64,000 nucleotides of DNA. It comes from an uncultured Phycisphaerales bacterium. GTDB lineage: Bacteria; Planctomycetota; Phycisphaerae; Sedimentisphaerales; Anaerobacaceae. A model generated the notes under the pieces. The model was not told where the DNA came from. It searched no databases and saw only the letters and a program-made list of their open reading frames with translations. Position 1 is the stretch's first letter, and each line of letters begins with the position of its first letter. Location of the stretch: positions 64,001-128,000 of the forward strand of contig CAVYYI010000004.1 of the NCBI GenBank assembly GCA_963772725.1. The letters are read 5' to 3'. Both the position numbers and the translations under genes were made by a program. This document shows, one piece after another, positions 1-11,877 of this stretch.

Positions 1-2712
1 ATAAACTTTTGCTGTATCTAAATAGTTAGAATCTCCGGTTTCCTCATACATCTCCAGGAACTTCTGAAAATCACAAATGCGGTAGGGGCTGGTTATGCAG
101 GAGTTGGCTCCTTCAACAGCATAGTTCAGTTCATTAATATCACCATAGAGACGATACCATTCGAGGGACTGCTGGAAGTGGCCATGCGATTCGGTGTGGC
201 CTTTTTCCTTAGAATAGACCTCAAATGCCTTGGTACGACCTCCGGTGAGCCGGTACAAAGTTCCCAAATCTAGTCCGCTTATCCATGGGCCGAGCATATT
301 GTTATCGTACGACATCTGCAAATTGTAGTTGTAATTGTAAGGATGAAAATACGATTCCTCTCTGCTTATGCAGTATTCAACCTGGGGAAGGGAACGGGAC
401 CAGAACATCTCGTTGTTGTCCAGGACTATCGCGGAATTGATTGCAAATAATCCGCCCAGAACCTTGAATGAATGCGGCTGGTCAGTCCAATACTCGTTGC
501 ATTTCTGGTTGGAGTCCCACATATTGTAGTTATTGCCGTCGGCGTCCATTGCGTAATCAGTTATATTAGCCAGCAATTTATTCAAAGAACCTGGCCCGCT
601 GTTATCCCGCTGGTCCCTGAATTTAAAGATGTTTTTGACTATACCTCGATAAAAGTCAGACCATGAGGAATTATCCACAACCCACAGAACACCAAAGCTG
701 TGAGTCTCATCCACTGCCAGATATGAATCCTTATCGGTCGGCAGATTCGCTTCCTGTGCGCCCATTTCCGGTGAGAAAATCATCGGCTGGGCCTTGCCGT
801 CTAAATTCCTGATGCAAAGGCCGAATTCGACGTTCCTGTAATGCGGCAGGCGGAATGACTGATAATCCGGATTGACGACTACTGCACAATCCACACCATT
901 TACATCTGTTATAACCGCAGGAAGCGGGCAGAGAAATTCCTGGCAGAATTTGGGTGTGGTCGGGAAAACAAGCTTGTTATCGTCCGGAGGGTTGATAAGT
1001 GCATCATCCCACATCGTTGGCTGATGGAACTTTTCCATAGTATTGGGGTCAGTCTCGGGAGCGCCGGTATAACCGAGCATGAACCATCCTGCGGTATTGG
1101 CCGTTAAGGTATAACTCAATGCAGGTTCATTATATTCGGTTGACAAATCCAGCGAGGCGGCCAAGTCAAAATTGGTCTGTGAGGGGTATGTCAAAACTAT
1201 ATTGTTGTCTATTATCTCGGCCTTGACTGCTGTAACACTGGTGTTTGTGCCTGTACCAAAAAGATTTTTTCCAGCCGATGTCCAGGTTGCAGTCAAATCA
1301 CTGGTTGATGATAATTTGGGCCGGGTGGCGTTATATATTACCGTAAACTGCGTAGTGAACGTTGAGGTTGTATTTGAATTTTTATTTTTTACGAAAATAT
1401 CAAAATTCTGGTCAATGGCAACCTTATAGGCACTATTCTCAAGCGTAAACATAGCCGTCCACGTCGTAAAACTCCAGACATCGCCTTTATAGGTACTACC
1501 GTTCTTTTCATCGATCCTCCAGTAGTAGGTCTTGCCAGATACAAGTGTACCCGGGTCAAAAATTGCATCCGTCCTGTTGCCTTTGAATACTGATGAAGCA
1601 GTAGTAGCGCTATTCACATCAGCCCAAATGGTGCCAAGATATATATCGTGTGATGTCGCACCAAAACCTGCTGACCAGCTTAGGTCTATGTCTATATCTG
1701 CGTTTGTGGCGCCATTTGCGGGACTCGGGTTAAAGGCTTTTAGTGAGGCGGTTGACGTTACTGTCGTTTTGCCGGCATAAGGTGTATTATAGCTTACACT
1801 GATTGTTCCGCATGCGCCGCCATAGCTTTTGATTTTGCCCGCGGAAATATAAGAATTGATTGTCGAGGTTACATCACCATCTATTATGAGTGTCCCTGAT
1901 CGAATATCTATGTAGCCTTTGCTGCCCATCCAGAGTTGAGCAGTGTGAATGGTACCGCCATAGAGGTTCACATCTCCTTGACCGCTGTAAGAATCGGAAT
2001 AAGGAATATGCAAATCACCAGCCTCGATTTGGCCGCCGGTCATATGAATAATACCCCTGGTGTTGTAACCGAGCCTTATGAGCTGGCCTGTTGTGTCTAT
2101 AGTGCCGGCACTGATATTGATTGTGCCATAGTTGCCGCCGCTGGCACCCTGTCCGATGATGGTATTGGCGCCAGTAGCCGTAACCAAACCGCCGCTCATA
2201 TTAAAGGTGCCGGTACTGAGATGACCAACATAAAAGTATCTTGCCGAGTTAATGGTACCGCCGCTGATATTAAAAGTGCTGCCAGTTCCATTGGCGGCAG
2301 CGCCAATATCCACATCATAGGTTGACACCGCGATACGTCCCCCGCTCATCGTAAAAGTGCCTGCACCGTTATAGCCGCACAAGAGCTTTGTATTGCAGAT
2401 TAAGACTCCGCCTGTCATTGAAGCTTCACCTGTTTCTCCGGCGTTATATCCTATTTGAAGGTAATTGCACCTCGCGGTATCGGCGCCTGTATGTGTCGAG
2501 TCTATAACCGGCTTATCTGTGCCTGTGTCGATAATTCTTGCGTCGTCGATACTCGTCGGTAAAATGTCCGAGGACCAATTAGCAGCAGTTTTCCAAAGCT
2601 TATCAGTTCCGCCGTGATTCCATGTATATGTTACCCCCCAGTTTCTACCAGTCAAAACTGTCAATGATAAAACAAAAACCATCGAAACCATTAATTTACT
2701 ACGAATTGTCAT
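1..2712 (-). CDS. Large secreted modular protein (paralog A), runs off the left edge: signal peptide, Gly-rich beta-repeat region, Fn3-like repeat, putative glycan-active core
   Basis: Not in the ORF track because there is no stop in the window. ATG at 2712 gives MTIRSKLMVSMVFVLSLTVLTGRNWGVTYTWNHGGTDKLWKTAANW..., and the same frame reads ...DTAKVY at position 1, colinear with paralog B. Confidence 0.85.
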   Translation of the reverse strand, partial: MTIRSKLMVSMVFVLSLTVLTGRNWGVTYTWNHGGTDKLWKTAANWSSDILPTSIDDARIIDTGTDKPVIDSTHTGADTARCNYLQIGYNAGETGEASMTGGVLICNTKLLCGYNGAGTFTMSGGRIAVSTYDVDIGAAANGTGSTFNISGGTINSARYFYVGHLSTGTFNMSGGLVTATGANTIIGQGASGGNYGTINISAGTIDTTGQLIRLGYNTRGIIHMTGGQIEAGDLHIPYSDSYSGQGDVNLYGGTIHTAQLWMGSKGYIDIRSGTLIIDGDVTSTINSYISAGKIKSYGGACGTISVSYNTPYAGKTTVTSTASLKAFNPSPANGATNADIDIDLSWSAGFGATSHDIYLGTIWADVNSATTASSVFKGNRTDAIFDPGTLVSGKTYYWRIDEKNGSTYKGDVWSFTTWTAMFTLENSAYKVAIDQNFDIFVKNKNSNTTSTFTTQFTVIYNATRPKLSSTSDLTATWTSAGKNLFGTGTNTSVTAVKAEIIDNNIVLTYPSQTNFDLAASLDLSTEYNEPALSYTLTANTAGWFMLGYTGAPETDPNTMEKFHQPTMWDDALINPPDDNKLVFPTTPKFCQEFLCPLPAVITDVNGVDCAVVVNPDYQSFRLPHYRNVEFGLCIRNLDGKAQPMIFSPEMGAQEANLPTDKDSYLAVDETHSFGVLWVVDNSSWSDFYRGIVKNIFKFRDQRDNSGPGSLNKLLANITDYAMDADGNNYNMWDSNQKCNEYWTDQPHSFKVLGGLFAINSAIVLDNNEMFWSRSLPQVEYCISREESYFHPYNYNYNLQMSYDNNMLGPWISGLDLGTLYRLTGGRTKAFEVYSKEKGHTESHGHFQQSLEWYRLYGDINELNYAVEGANSCITSPYRICDFQKFLEMYEETGDSNYLDTAKVY

Positions 2713-2751
2713 ATTCTCACTTCTCATCAAAAATCTATAAAAATTTTGTCA

Positions 2752-5700
2752 TTACCAGTCTAATGCCATTATCGCGAAATCGATAAAATCAACTCTGCAA
2801 TCGCCATTAAAATCTCCTGCAGGATGCTCAGGACAATCCTGTCCAATATGTTTATCTTCCAGCCAGTGCAAGGCAAACGTTGCTAAATCTTCAATGTCAA
2901 CCTTGCCGTCATGATTGAAATCTCCGTGTGTCAAGTGGGTTGTGAAACTCCAGACCAGTCCCGGCCAGACGTTGACACCATTAACTTCATCGATTCGCCA
3001 GTAATACGTGACGCCTTCGTTTAAAGTGCCTGGGTCATAAGTCTTACTTGTCTGGTTCCCTTTGAATACCGAGGAAGCGGTAGTTGCCGTAGTAACAGCA
3101 GCCTCCGATGTTCCAAAGTACACGTTGTGCGAGGCAGCGTAGTATCCCGCCTGCCAGCTTAAATCGGTATTTCTATATACACTTGTGGCATCGAGTGCCG
3201 GACTTGGTTTCCTGGCTTCGTAGGGTGTAACTACTAAGGTGTATACGCTTGACGTTGTAAGTGTGTTGCTGTCATTTCTTTCCTCGTATTTATATTCAAA
3301 GGTGTTGATGTCCGGACTAATCTGGACAGAGAACTCAAATGGGAACACATAGTCCACTGCAGTCGATTGCCACGAACCGCCGTCAAGCCTGTAAATCATC
3401 TTTACATTGTTGGTGTCGCCTGGAATGTTCAGTGAATACGAAGGTCTGGCGTCGGTATAGGTATATGCCTCGGTCAGCTCGGGGCCAAAGGAAATAATCA
3501 TACCTACCATTCTGCCGAAAGATTCGGTTGTGAGGTCTCTTATAAGGCTCTTGTCCGTCAGTGTGTAAACCGGCTCAAACAGGTTGCTATGAACCTTGCT
3601 GGTTATAACATCGATGTCCTCAATAATCAGGGCTGTAAGACCTTTTGCCGGGACGTTGACTTCTACCGTACCGCTCGAGAGGGTCTTGTCGGATTTAGCC
3701 ACATTGTCTTCCCAGACTTTTACTGTATGCGAAGCGCCATAATCAACCCTGTTGGCATCCACTGTTACGGTAACGCCTGTAAGAGCGCTTGCGGACTGGT
3801 TCGACAGGGCAAGGTAAAGCTTGCCGTTGCCGTGACCTGCGATGTAGTTAATCTGCTGGCTGCTGAGTGTTAGCAGGTTGTTGGGAATCCAAAGGTTTAC
3901 GTTCTCGTCGCCGTAGAACGTTCCGGGCCTGTCGCCCCAGATATTAAACCTGCCGTCGTCATATACCCTTCGAGATGGGAAATCAACATTGCCGTCGGAT
4001 TTGACGATTGTATCATTGACCATAAAATCTATCGTCCAGGGTATATACTGCCAGTGATGCCAGAAGTGCGTTGATGTAAACGTCATATACTCCAGCGGAT
4101 GCATACAGAAGTCATCCTGCTCATAGACCAGCGAATAAGCTCTCGAGAACTGCTGACCAGGCCAATTCGCCCATCTGCCAACAGTTGACCATCGGGCCAT
4201 ATCACGCATAAAGTCATCATTTAAGTATCCGCTTAGACGCATCAATCCGCCGGGATATTCCATGAACGTGAATGCCCTACATGACCCCGGCTGCATACCG
4301 GTAAGCGCCACACGCCATGCGGGTACCGATTGCTCAGGAGCGTACATAGGAAGCGGCGGGTCAAATCCCCAATTTATATGCCTGCCCCAACTCTGCCAGT
4401 TAATAGGGGCCTGATTAAACTCATCCACTAAGTAATTTTCATCCTTAACCCTCGGTGAAGTATTGAGAGATGTCATAAAATGGTATGCATAAACTTTTGC
4501 TGTATCCAAGTAGTTGGAATCCCCGGTTTCCTCATATATCTCCAGGTACTTCTGAAAATCACAAATGCGGTAGGGCTGGTATTCATGCAGTAGTTAGCAC
4601 CGCTAATAGCATAGTTCAGTTCATTAATATCGCCATAGAGACGATACCATTCGAGGGATTCATAGAAACTGCCATGCGAGTTGGCATGGCCTTTTTCCTT
4701 AGAATAGATTTTAAACGCCTTGGTACGTCCGCCTGTAAGCCGGTACAATATTCCCAAATCAAGTCCGCCCATCCATGGGCCGAGCATATTGTTATCGTAA
4801 AACATCTGTGTATTGTAAGTTGATAATCATAAGGATGGAACCCCTCGGCTTCACGGCTGAGAGCGTATTCGACCTGCGGAAGTGAGCGGGACCAGAACAT
4901 CTCGTTGTTGTCCAGGACTATCGCGGAATTGATTGCAAACAATCCGCCCAGAATCTTGAATGAATACGCCTGGTCAGTCAAATACTCGTTGCATTTCTGG
5001 TTGGAGTCCCACATATTGTAGTTATTGCCGTCGGCATCCATTGCGTAATCAGTTATATTGGCCAAAAACGTATTCAAAGAGCCCGGACCTGTATTATCAC
5101 GCTGGTCCCTGAAGTCAAAGATGTTCTTGACTATGCCCTTGTAGAAATCGTACCATTCGCGAATTATCTACCGCCAGCAGCACACCAAAACTGTGAGTTG
5201 CATCCACTGCCAGATAAGAATCTTTGTCGGTCGGCAGATTCACTTCCTCTGCGCCCATTTCCGGTGAGAAAATGATCGGCTGGGCCTTGCCGTCTAAATT
5301 CCTGATGCAAATGCCGAATTCGACGTTCTTGTAATGCGGCAGTCGGAATGACTGATAATCCGGACTGACGACTACTGCACAATCCACACCATTAACATCT
5401 CTTGTCATAACCGCAGGAAGCGGGGAGAGAAATTCCTGGCAGAATCTGGGTTCGGTCGGGAAAGCAGGAAACAGCAGCGTCCGGAGGTTTTGATAAATCA
5501 TACCCCACATCGTCGGCTGATGAAACTTCTCCATAGTATTGGGGTCAGTCTCAGGAGCGCCGGTATAACCGAGCATAAACCAGCCTGCGTTATTGGCCTT
5601 TAAGTATAACTCAATGCCGGTTCATTATATTCGGTCGACAAATCAAGTGAGGCGGTCAAAGTCAAAATTGGTCTCAGAGTCGTATGTTAAGACCAAATTG

Positions 5701-7783
5701 CTGTCTATTATCTCAGCCTTGACTGCTGTAACACTGGTGTTTGTGCCTGTACCAAAAAGATTTTTTCCAGCCAATGTCCAGGTTGCAGTCAAATCACTGG
5801 TTGATGACAATTTCGGCCTGGTGGCGTTGTAGATTACCGTGAACTGTGTAGTAAACGCAGAGGTTACATTTGCGTCCTTATTTTTTATGGAAAGGTCAAC
5901 AAAATTCTGGTCAAGGACAACCTTATAGGCGCTGTTGGAAAGCGTAAGGCTGGTTGTCTGCGTTGTAAAACTCCAGACAGTCGCCTTTCGAGGTGCCTCG
6001 GCGTTTCTCTCATCAATTCTCCAGTAATAAGTCTTGCTGGATGCCAGCGTTGGGTCATAGGTATTGCCTGCCTGGTTGCCTTTGAATACTGATGAGCCGG
6101 TGGTTGCGCGATTAACATCGGCCTCGACTGTACCTAAGTACACATCGTGCGATGTAGTGCCGGTACCTGCCGTCCAGGTTAAATTAACAAGTGTGTTGAC
6201 CGTAGCCTCATTGGTCGGGCTGGGGTTGGTAGCTTTGGTATTATCCAAAGTCGTAAAGTGCCAGATGTCGCCTTTGGTTGTGCCGCCGGCGTTTTTCTCA
6301 TCGATTCTCCAGTAATAAGTTTTATTACCAACCATTGTGCCGGTGTCATAAGTTGTACCTGCCTGGTTGCCTTTGAATACCGATGAGCTGGTGGTTGCGC
6401 TATTAACATCAGCCTCGACGGTACCCATGTACACATCGTGTGTCGTTGCACCGGAGCCGACTGTCCAGCTAAGGTCGGCAGTTACACTTACATTAGTGGC
6501 TGCATTAGACGGGCTTGGAGTGGTGGCCTTACTGGCGCTGCAACAGCAGTAGTAAAGCTCCAGACATAACCCTTGACGGTACTGGCATTGACTTCGTCAA
6601 TTCTCCAGTAATAAGTAGTGCTATTAGCCATAGTGCCTGTATCATAAGTAGTACCTGCCTGATTGCCTTTGAACACTGAAGAGCTTGTAGTAGCGCTGTT
6701 GACGTCTTCAAAAACCGTACCAAGATACACATTGTGTGATGCTGCGCCTGAACCTGCCGACCAGCTAAGGTCGGTAGTTACTCCTACACTTGTGGCAGCA
6801 TCGGTAGGACTTGGACTGGATGCCTTTGTGCTTGTCGCCGTTACAGTTGTTTTGCCGGCGTAGGGTGTGTCATAGCTTACGTTGACTGTGCCATCGCCGC
6901 CGTAGGCTTCTATCTTGCCTGCTGTAACATAAGTATTTATTGTCGATACGACGTTACCTGTTATTGTGAGTGTTCCGGATTGGATATCCATATAACCATT
7001 GCTGCCCATCCAGAATGCAGCGGTGTTAATCGATCCGCCATATAGATTTACATCACCCCGGCCGCCGTAAGAATCGGAATAGGGAAGATGTAAATCACCG
7101 GCTTCGATTCGTCCGCCGGTCATGTTGATAATACCGCGGGTGTTATAACCGAGCCTGATAAGCTGGCCGGTTGTGTTTATGGTACCGGCACTGAGATTGA
7201 TTGTGCCGTAGTTGCCGCCGCTGGCGCCCTGTCCAATGATGGTATTGCCGCCGGTAGCCGTAACCAAACCGCCGCTCATATTAAAGGTGCCGGCGCTGAG
7301 GTGACCAACATAAAAGTATCTTGCCGAGTTAATGGTACCGCCGCTCATATTAAATACGCTTCCCGTACCGCTGACAGCAGCGCCGATATCCACATCATAA
7401 GTTGTAACTGCAATACTTCCTCCGCTCATCGTAAAAGTGCCTGTTCCATTATATCCGCACTGGAGCCTCGAATTGCAGATTAACTCACCGCCGGTCATTT
7501 CAGCTTCACCAGAAGTTCCTGCGTTATATCCCAGCCTCAGGTCGTAGCATGTTGCCGCGTTGCCGCCAGTGTGAGTCGAATCGATAATCGGCTTATCTGA
7601 GCCAGTGTCGACAATTTGAGCATAATCGGCGCTTGTCGGCACGGTATCTGAAGACCAGTTACCCGCGGTTTTCCAGAGCCTATCGGCACCGCCGTGGTCC
7701 CATGTATAGGTGGCTCCAGATGTATTGCCGACCAAAGCCAGCAATAGACCAAAAACCATCAAATATGTTAACTTTTTACACAT
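2752..7783 (-). CDS. Large secreted modular protein (paralog B), split by several indels: signal peptide, Gly-rich repeats, 3 Fn3-like repeats, core domain, Fn3-like, C-terminal dockerin/EF-hand-like pair
   Basis: ORF pieces 6488-7783, 5643-6434, 5115-5576, 4616-5077, 4473-4805 and 2752-4509 are colinear with intact paralog A. Repeats YYWRIDE...WSFTT; tail GDFNHDGKVDIEDLA / GDFNGDCRVDFIDFA. Confidence 0.8.
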
Positions 7784-8026
7784 TTTACTTGTTTCCTTTC
7801 TCTAAATTTTTTTTATACATCACGTCCTTAATATATACAAACCCGTTACTTCAGAGCCATTACGCGCAATTGATACAACTCTTCCATTACCTTCCTTCTG
7901 CCACCTCCTTTCCGGTACCGTATTCATAATTTTATGCACATATAGCCCCGAATCTGAAATACACGAGCCTACGCCGTGTATCTTTAAAGCTTTAGATAAT
8001 GCTGCGATTGAGTTATTTAGATAGAT

Positions 8027-9272
8027 GAGACCTCTGAAAAACCTCACATTTTATTATTCTCTTATATTTTTGCTTGAAGTGCTTCGAAAAATTATTTCGA
8101 TACACCGCAAAAACTGTTTTCTGGCCTTACCAAAGGATTCTTTTATGCCTTTGGTATACCTTTTTATCTGTTCATAACGGTCGTGTGCCGTTATCCGGCA
8201 ATACTCACCAGGCTAAAACTCCTTTTCCAATTGTACGCTATTACATGTAACCCAAAATCAAAGGCGTTACGCCTCATACCTCGATATCGAGTCCTGCCGT
8301 AGCCGGTATTCTTCATCCACGCAAACGGATGTTCAACCACCGCCCGAATTCCCGCCACCAGACGGTTATGCAATTTCTGTGAGGCTGTTAATTCCTTCTG
8401 GCCGCGAACTCGTTTTTGAATAATTCCGCAAAACACGCCGCGTTCCTCCAGTTTTGCCTTTCGGTCTTTATCCATATATGCACTATCAGCAAAGACACTG
8501 TCCTTCTCATCCTCAACAAGTTCGTCAATATACCTGCTGTCATGGGTTGAGGCGGTATCGAAACGGTAGTCTTTAATCATGCCGTTACAGTCAGTAGCAA
8601 TATGGCCCTTATAGCCGTGATATATTCTGCCATGTTTTTTCGTATAACCTGCTGCCTTGTCTTTGGTGCTGGAAATACCGTCTTTGCCAGTTCTGCCGCG
8701 AGGCGCTTCTATTATAGTGGCATCAACACAGGTCCCTTCCTCAAGTATAACGCCGCGACTTTTGAGGATGGCGATAGTCTTATCAAATAATGTAGCTATA
8801 TGGCCGTTTATATTAAGACGCTTGCGAAACTGCACAAAAGTAGTTTCATCAGGTGCATCCTGTTCCATCTTAAGGCCTACAAATCGTCTGAAGGATATAC
8901 GGTCACAGAGCATCTCTTCGAGCATCGGGTCGGAAAGATTAAACCACTTTTGCAGCATTATGCATTTTATCATCATTACAAGTGGATAATTCGATGCTCC
9001 GCCTTTGTCGGTGTTGTTCTTGTACATATCCCTTAACGGCTCAGCAAGTTCGTTCCATGGTATAAGCTGGTCGCATTTTTGAAAAAATTGAGCAGTGCGA
9101 CGACCGCCGAGGTCAGAGGTTAAACTGTCGAGAAATGTTGGTTGATTGCTTGTGCGTTCCATAATCTTTGCCTCCATGCAATAAAATTGACTATTGAATG
9201 GACGCATTATATCATATCCGCTGATAATTGCATTAATGTTTTGTAAAAAATGCATAGTTTTTCAGAGGTCTC
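8027..9272 (-). mobile_element. IS5-family insertion sequence, 1246 bp
   Basis: Perfect 16-bp terminal IRs GAGACCTCTGAAAAAC (8027-8042 / 9257-9272); 4-bp target duplication AGAT (8023-8026 / 9273-9276). Confidence 0.95.
8191..9255 (-). CDS. IS5-family DDE transposase (true start may be further in, MERTS...)
   Basis: LQKWFNLSDP, PDETT, VDATII, GYKGH, ADSAY, RAVVEHPF motifs. Confidence 0.95.
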   Translation of the reverse strand: MHFLQNINAIISGYDIMRPFNSQFYCMEAKIMERTSNQPTFLDSLTSDLGGRRTAQFFQKCDQLIPWNELAEPLRDMYKNNTDKGGASNYPLVMMIKCIMLQKWFNLSDPMLEEMLCDRISFRRFVGLKMEQDAPDETTFVQFRKRLNINGHIATLFDKTIAILKSRGVILEEGTCVDATIIEAPRGRTGKDGISSTKDKAAGYTKKHGRIYHGYKGHIATDCNGMIKDYRFDTASTHDSRYIDELVEDEKDSVFADSAYMDKDRKAKLEERGVFCGIIQKRVRGQKELTASQKLHNRLVAGIRAVVEHPFAWMKNTGYGRTRYRGMRRNAFDFGLHVIAYNWKRSFSLVSIAG

Positions 9273-9561
9273 AGATTCATATAATACGTTTTTTATCCGC
9301 TCTTTTTTTTTACACTTCTCCTTAAATTTTAACTTTCCTGTATTGTAGCCAAGATAAAATGGTTAAAAATGGCTAATATTGACTAATCCATGCCATTTTT
9401 TGACTTTTGAACCCGTTTCGCGGCATAGATGACGTAGTATGTTTGGAAAAAACGCTAACTATTTAGACTAATTGGGCACAAAGGTCCTCATGCCATATTT
9501 CCCTTTTATCTTTTTGACTCATTTTTTTAGTAAGCGTTCGTGTTTGCCCATTTTATTGAAT

Positions 9562-9596
9562 TTAAAAGTATGGCGGTTCATTAAGCCGCCATACTC
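9562..9596 (-). terminator. Rho-independent terminator of the GH16 gene
   Basis: Stem AGTATGGCGG...CCGCCATACT followed by TTT on the minus strand, ~60 bp after the stop codon. Confidence 0.75.
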
Positions 9597-9655
9597 TGTA
9601 CTTACATCACATTGACAGTCAATCTGCACTAACTTTTAGTTTTGCCAAATAGAGA

Positions 9656-11779
9656 TTACGGACTTGTCGTAAAGCTCCATATCGTTCCGGGGGTTATAAC
9701 GTCATAGTTGGGGTCGGTTTTACTGTGACCGCTGTACATATCCACTTCATCAATCGACCAGTAATACGTTGTACTGCCGGCCATTGTGCCGGGGTCGTAT
9801 GATGTTATACCTGTGCTTCTGCCTTTGTATTCGCTGGATGCGGTTGTTGCAGTAGATACTGCATCGTAACTTGTCCCCAAATATACATCCTGTCTTCTTG
9901 AAAAGAAACCGTTTGTCCAGCTAAGGTCTGCGGTCTTACTCACACCCGTTGCAGTATCAGCAGGACTTGGACTTGTTGCCTTTGCGGTTTCCGCCGGGCC
10001 GGTCAGGTTGACTGTCGTTGTTGCTCTGCCGGGATAATCGGTGTAAACCTTCAAAGCAGCCGATTTACTTCCCGTACTTGTCGGCACAAATGTTACTGTT
10101 ACAAAACGGTATTTGCCCGCGGAAATTGCGATGGAATCACTAAGACTGCAACTGAACTGACTTGCATCCGTTCCTGTTATTTCCGCATGGACACCTGTGA
10201 AGCTCACCGTGCCGGCTGTGTCGTTCATAATCACAAAAGTCTTGGTGAAAGCATCTCTATTGCCCGATTCGATAGTGCATTTCGGGAAGGTGTAAGAACC
10301 GTCTGTCCAGTAAGTAGGCCATTCATAAACCTTTACCCAGTCGACATACATAGTAGCGGCGTTGTCGCCATAGAGGGTACTGAACAGCACCTCCGTCACA
10401 GAACTGGTTTTACCGCTGGCCCAGGTGCTTTCGAGTTGTTTAACTCCCTCGTAATACCACTTCATTTTATCGGTGCCGTCGTTAAACCATGTGAAACCAA
10501 ACGTATGGTAACTATCTTCTAACCCGCTTACACCTACTGCTGTCCCACCTAATGAGGTATGGGTAGGTCTCCAGTCGTGAAGGTTCATATGCAACTCATC
10601 GGGGTTGATTTGTAACTCCTGGATATCTATCTCGAAGCGGTCATCCTGGTCGGCAACAGAAACATAAGCGCCATCCGGGTCATCGCCGAATTCGGGAGTA
10701 TTCAGCCAGAATGCCTGGTTTAAGGCGCCATCATTACCACACTTATATGAAGCTACAAAGCGACCGTAGCGCTGCCAAAACTTTGAGCTAATCGTGCCAA
10801 AGCTCCAGTCGCCGGGATACCATGCTGCATCATAGACGCTGTTTAGTTTAAGTTTACCGCTGGCAACCTCGATATTTTGGGCGAATCGGTTAGAGCCTCC
10901 GCTCCAATGAGGATTCTGCCAAACATTGCAGTCAAGTGTGCTTCCACTAAAATCATCGCTGAAAGTCAAAACAAACGGCCTTGCCACCACTGTTGTCTTA
11001 CTGCTTGCGTACGTTGCACTGAGAAATCCTTCGCCGTCGAAGGCTGTAATCTTGCCGTTATCGAAATAGGTGTTTATTGCTGTCCGCGCATCGCCGCTGA
11101 TTATCAGCGTACCTCCGCTGATATCCACCAGGCCGCCGGTATTTATTGTAAGACCGTTCGATGTAAGTTCGATTCTGCCGCCGTCTAAATGCAGCCGTCC
11201 TGTGCTGCCTGCGGTATAAGGAATAAGCATCTTAAGAGCCAAAACTGAGCCGCCGGTCATATTTATTGTACCGCTGCCGTTATAACCGCATCTGATGCCT
11301 GCAGCTGCGGCCTTATTGGCGTTCACGCTGCCGCCGCTGATAGTGAGCGTACCATTGCTGCCGGAATTCCAGCCGACAATAATGCCGTTGGCAGCACTCG
11401 CATCAAGCGTCCCGCCGCTCATTGTAATCGTGCCGGTGCCGCTGTAACCCGGTACTGCATAACCGCTTGCTATATTCAGCAGGCCGCCCGTCATGGAAAG
11501 TTCGCCTGTAGTGCTGGAGCCGTACCCAACATAAGCATAAGTGCACGTTGCTTTACTGGCGCCGGTGTGGGTCGAATCGATTATCGGCTTGTTCGTACCG
11601 GATGAATCTATCTGAGCATTATCAGCACTTGTCGGCACAGTATCCGCTGACCAGTTCGCTGCCGTCTTCCATAGCTTATCTGCTCCGCCATAGTCCCAGG
11701 TGCGTGTTACTCCGGTAACATTACCCGTCCAAACCATAAGCAAAACAAATATCATTATGAACATCAGTTTTTTACACAT
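9656..11779 (-). CDS. Secreted GH16-family glycoside hydrolase with Gly-rich N-terminal module, ASH/choice-of-anchor-D-like Ig domain and Fn3-like repeat
   Basis: FSDDFSGSTLD, YGRF, AFWL and catalytic EIDIQE (ExDxxE) motifs; N-terminus shared with paralogs A and B. Confidence 0.85.
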   Translation of the reverse strand: MCKKLMFIMIFVLLMVWTGNVTGVTRTWDYGGADKLWKTAANWSADTVPTSADNAQIDSSGTNKPIIDSTHTGASKATCTYAYVGYGSSTTGELSMTGGLLNIASGYAVPGYSGTGTITMSGGTLDASAANGIIVGWNSGSNGTLTISGGSVNANKAAAAGIRCGYNGSGTINMTGGSVLALKMLIPYTAGSTGRLHLDGGRIELTSNGLTINTGGLVDISGGTLIISGDARTAINTYFDNGKITAFDGEGFLSATYASSKTTVVARPFVLTFSDDFSGSTLDCNVWQNPHWSGGSNRFAQNIEVASGKLKLNSVYDAAWYPGDWSFGTISSKFWQRYGRFVASYKCGNDGALNQAFWLNTPEFGDDPDGAYVSVADQDDRFEIDIQELQINPDELHMNLHDWRPTHTSLGGTAVGVSGLEDSYHTFGFTWFNDGTDKMKWYYEGVKQLESTWASGKTSSVTEVLFSTLYGDNAATMYVDWVKVYEWPTYWTDGSYTFPKCTIESGNRDAFTKTFVIMNDTAGTVSFTGVHAEITGTDASQFSCSLSDSIAISAGKYRFVTVTFVPTSTGSKSAALKVYTDYPGRATTTVNLTGPAETAKATSPSPADTATGVSKTADLSWTNGFFSRRQDVYLGTSYDAVSTATTASSEYKGRSTGITSYDPGTMAGSTTYYWSIDEVDMYSGHSKTDPNYDVITPGTIWSFTTSP

Positions 11780-11877
11780 AATTTAAACCCCTTTCTTTTT
11801 AGTCGTAATCAAATATCTTACAAAACTTGTTTTCTCAGGCCTGCCGCATACCCATTATCAATATCTTCTTCAAACTT

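Noticed and set aside
472..2325. Plus-strand ORFs in the track (472, 1172, 1532, 1936) and similar antisense ORFs elsewhere
   Set aside because: Shadows of real genes on the opposite strand
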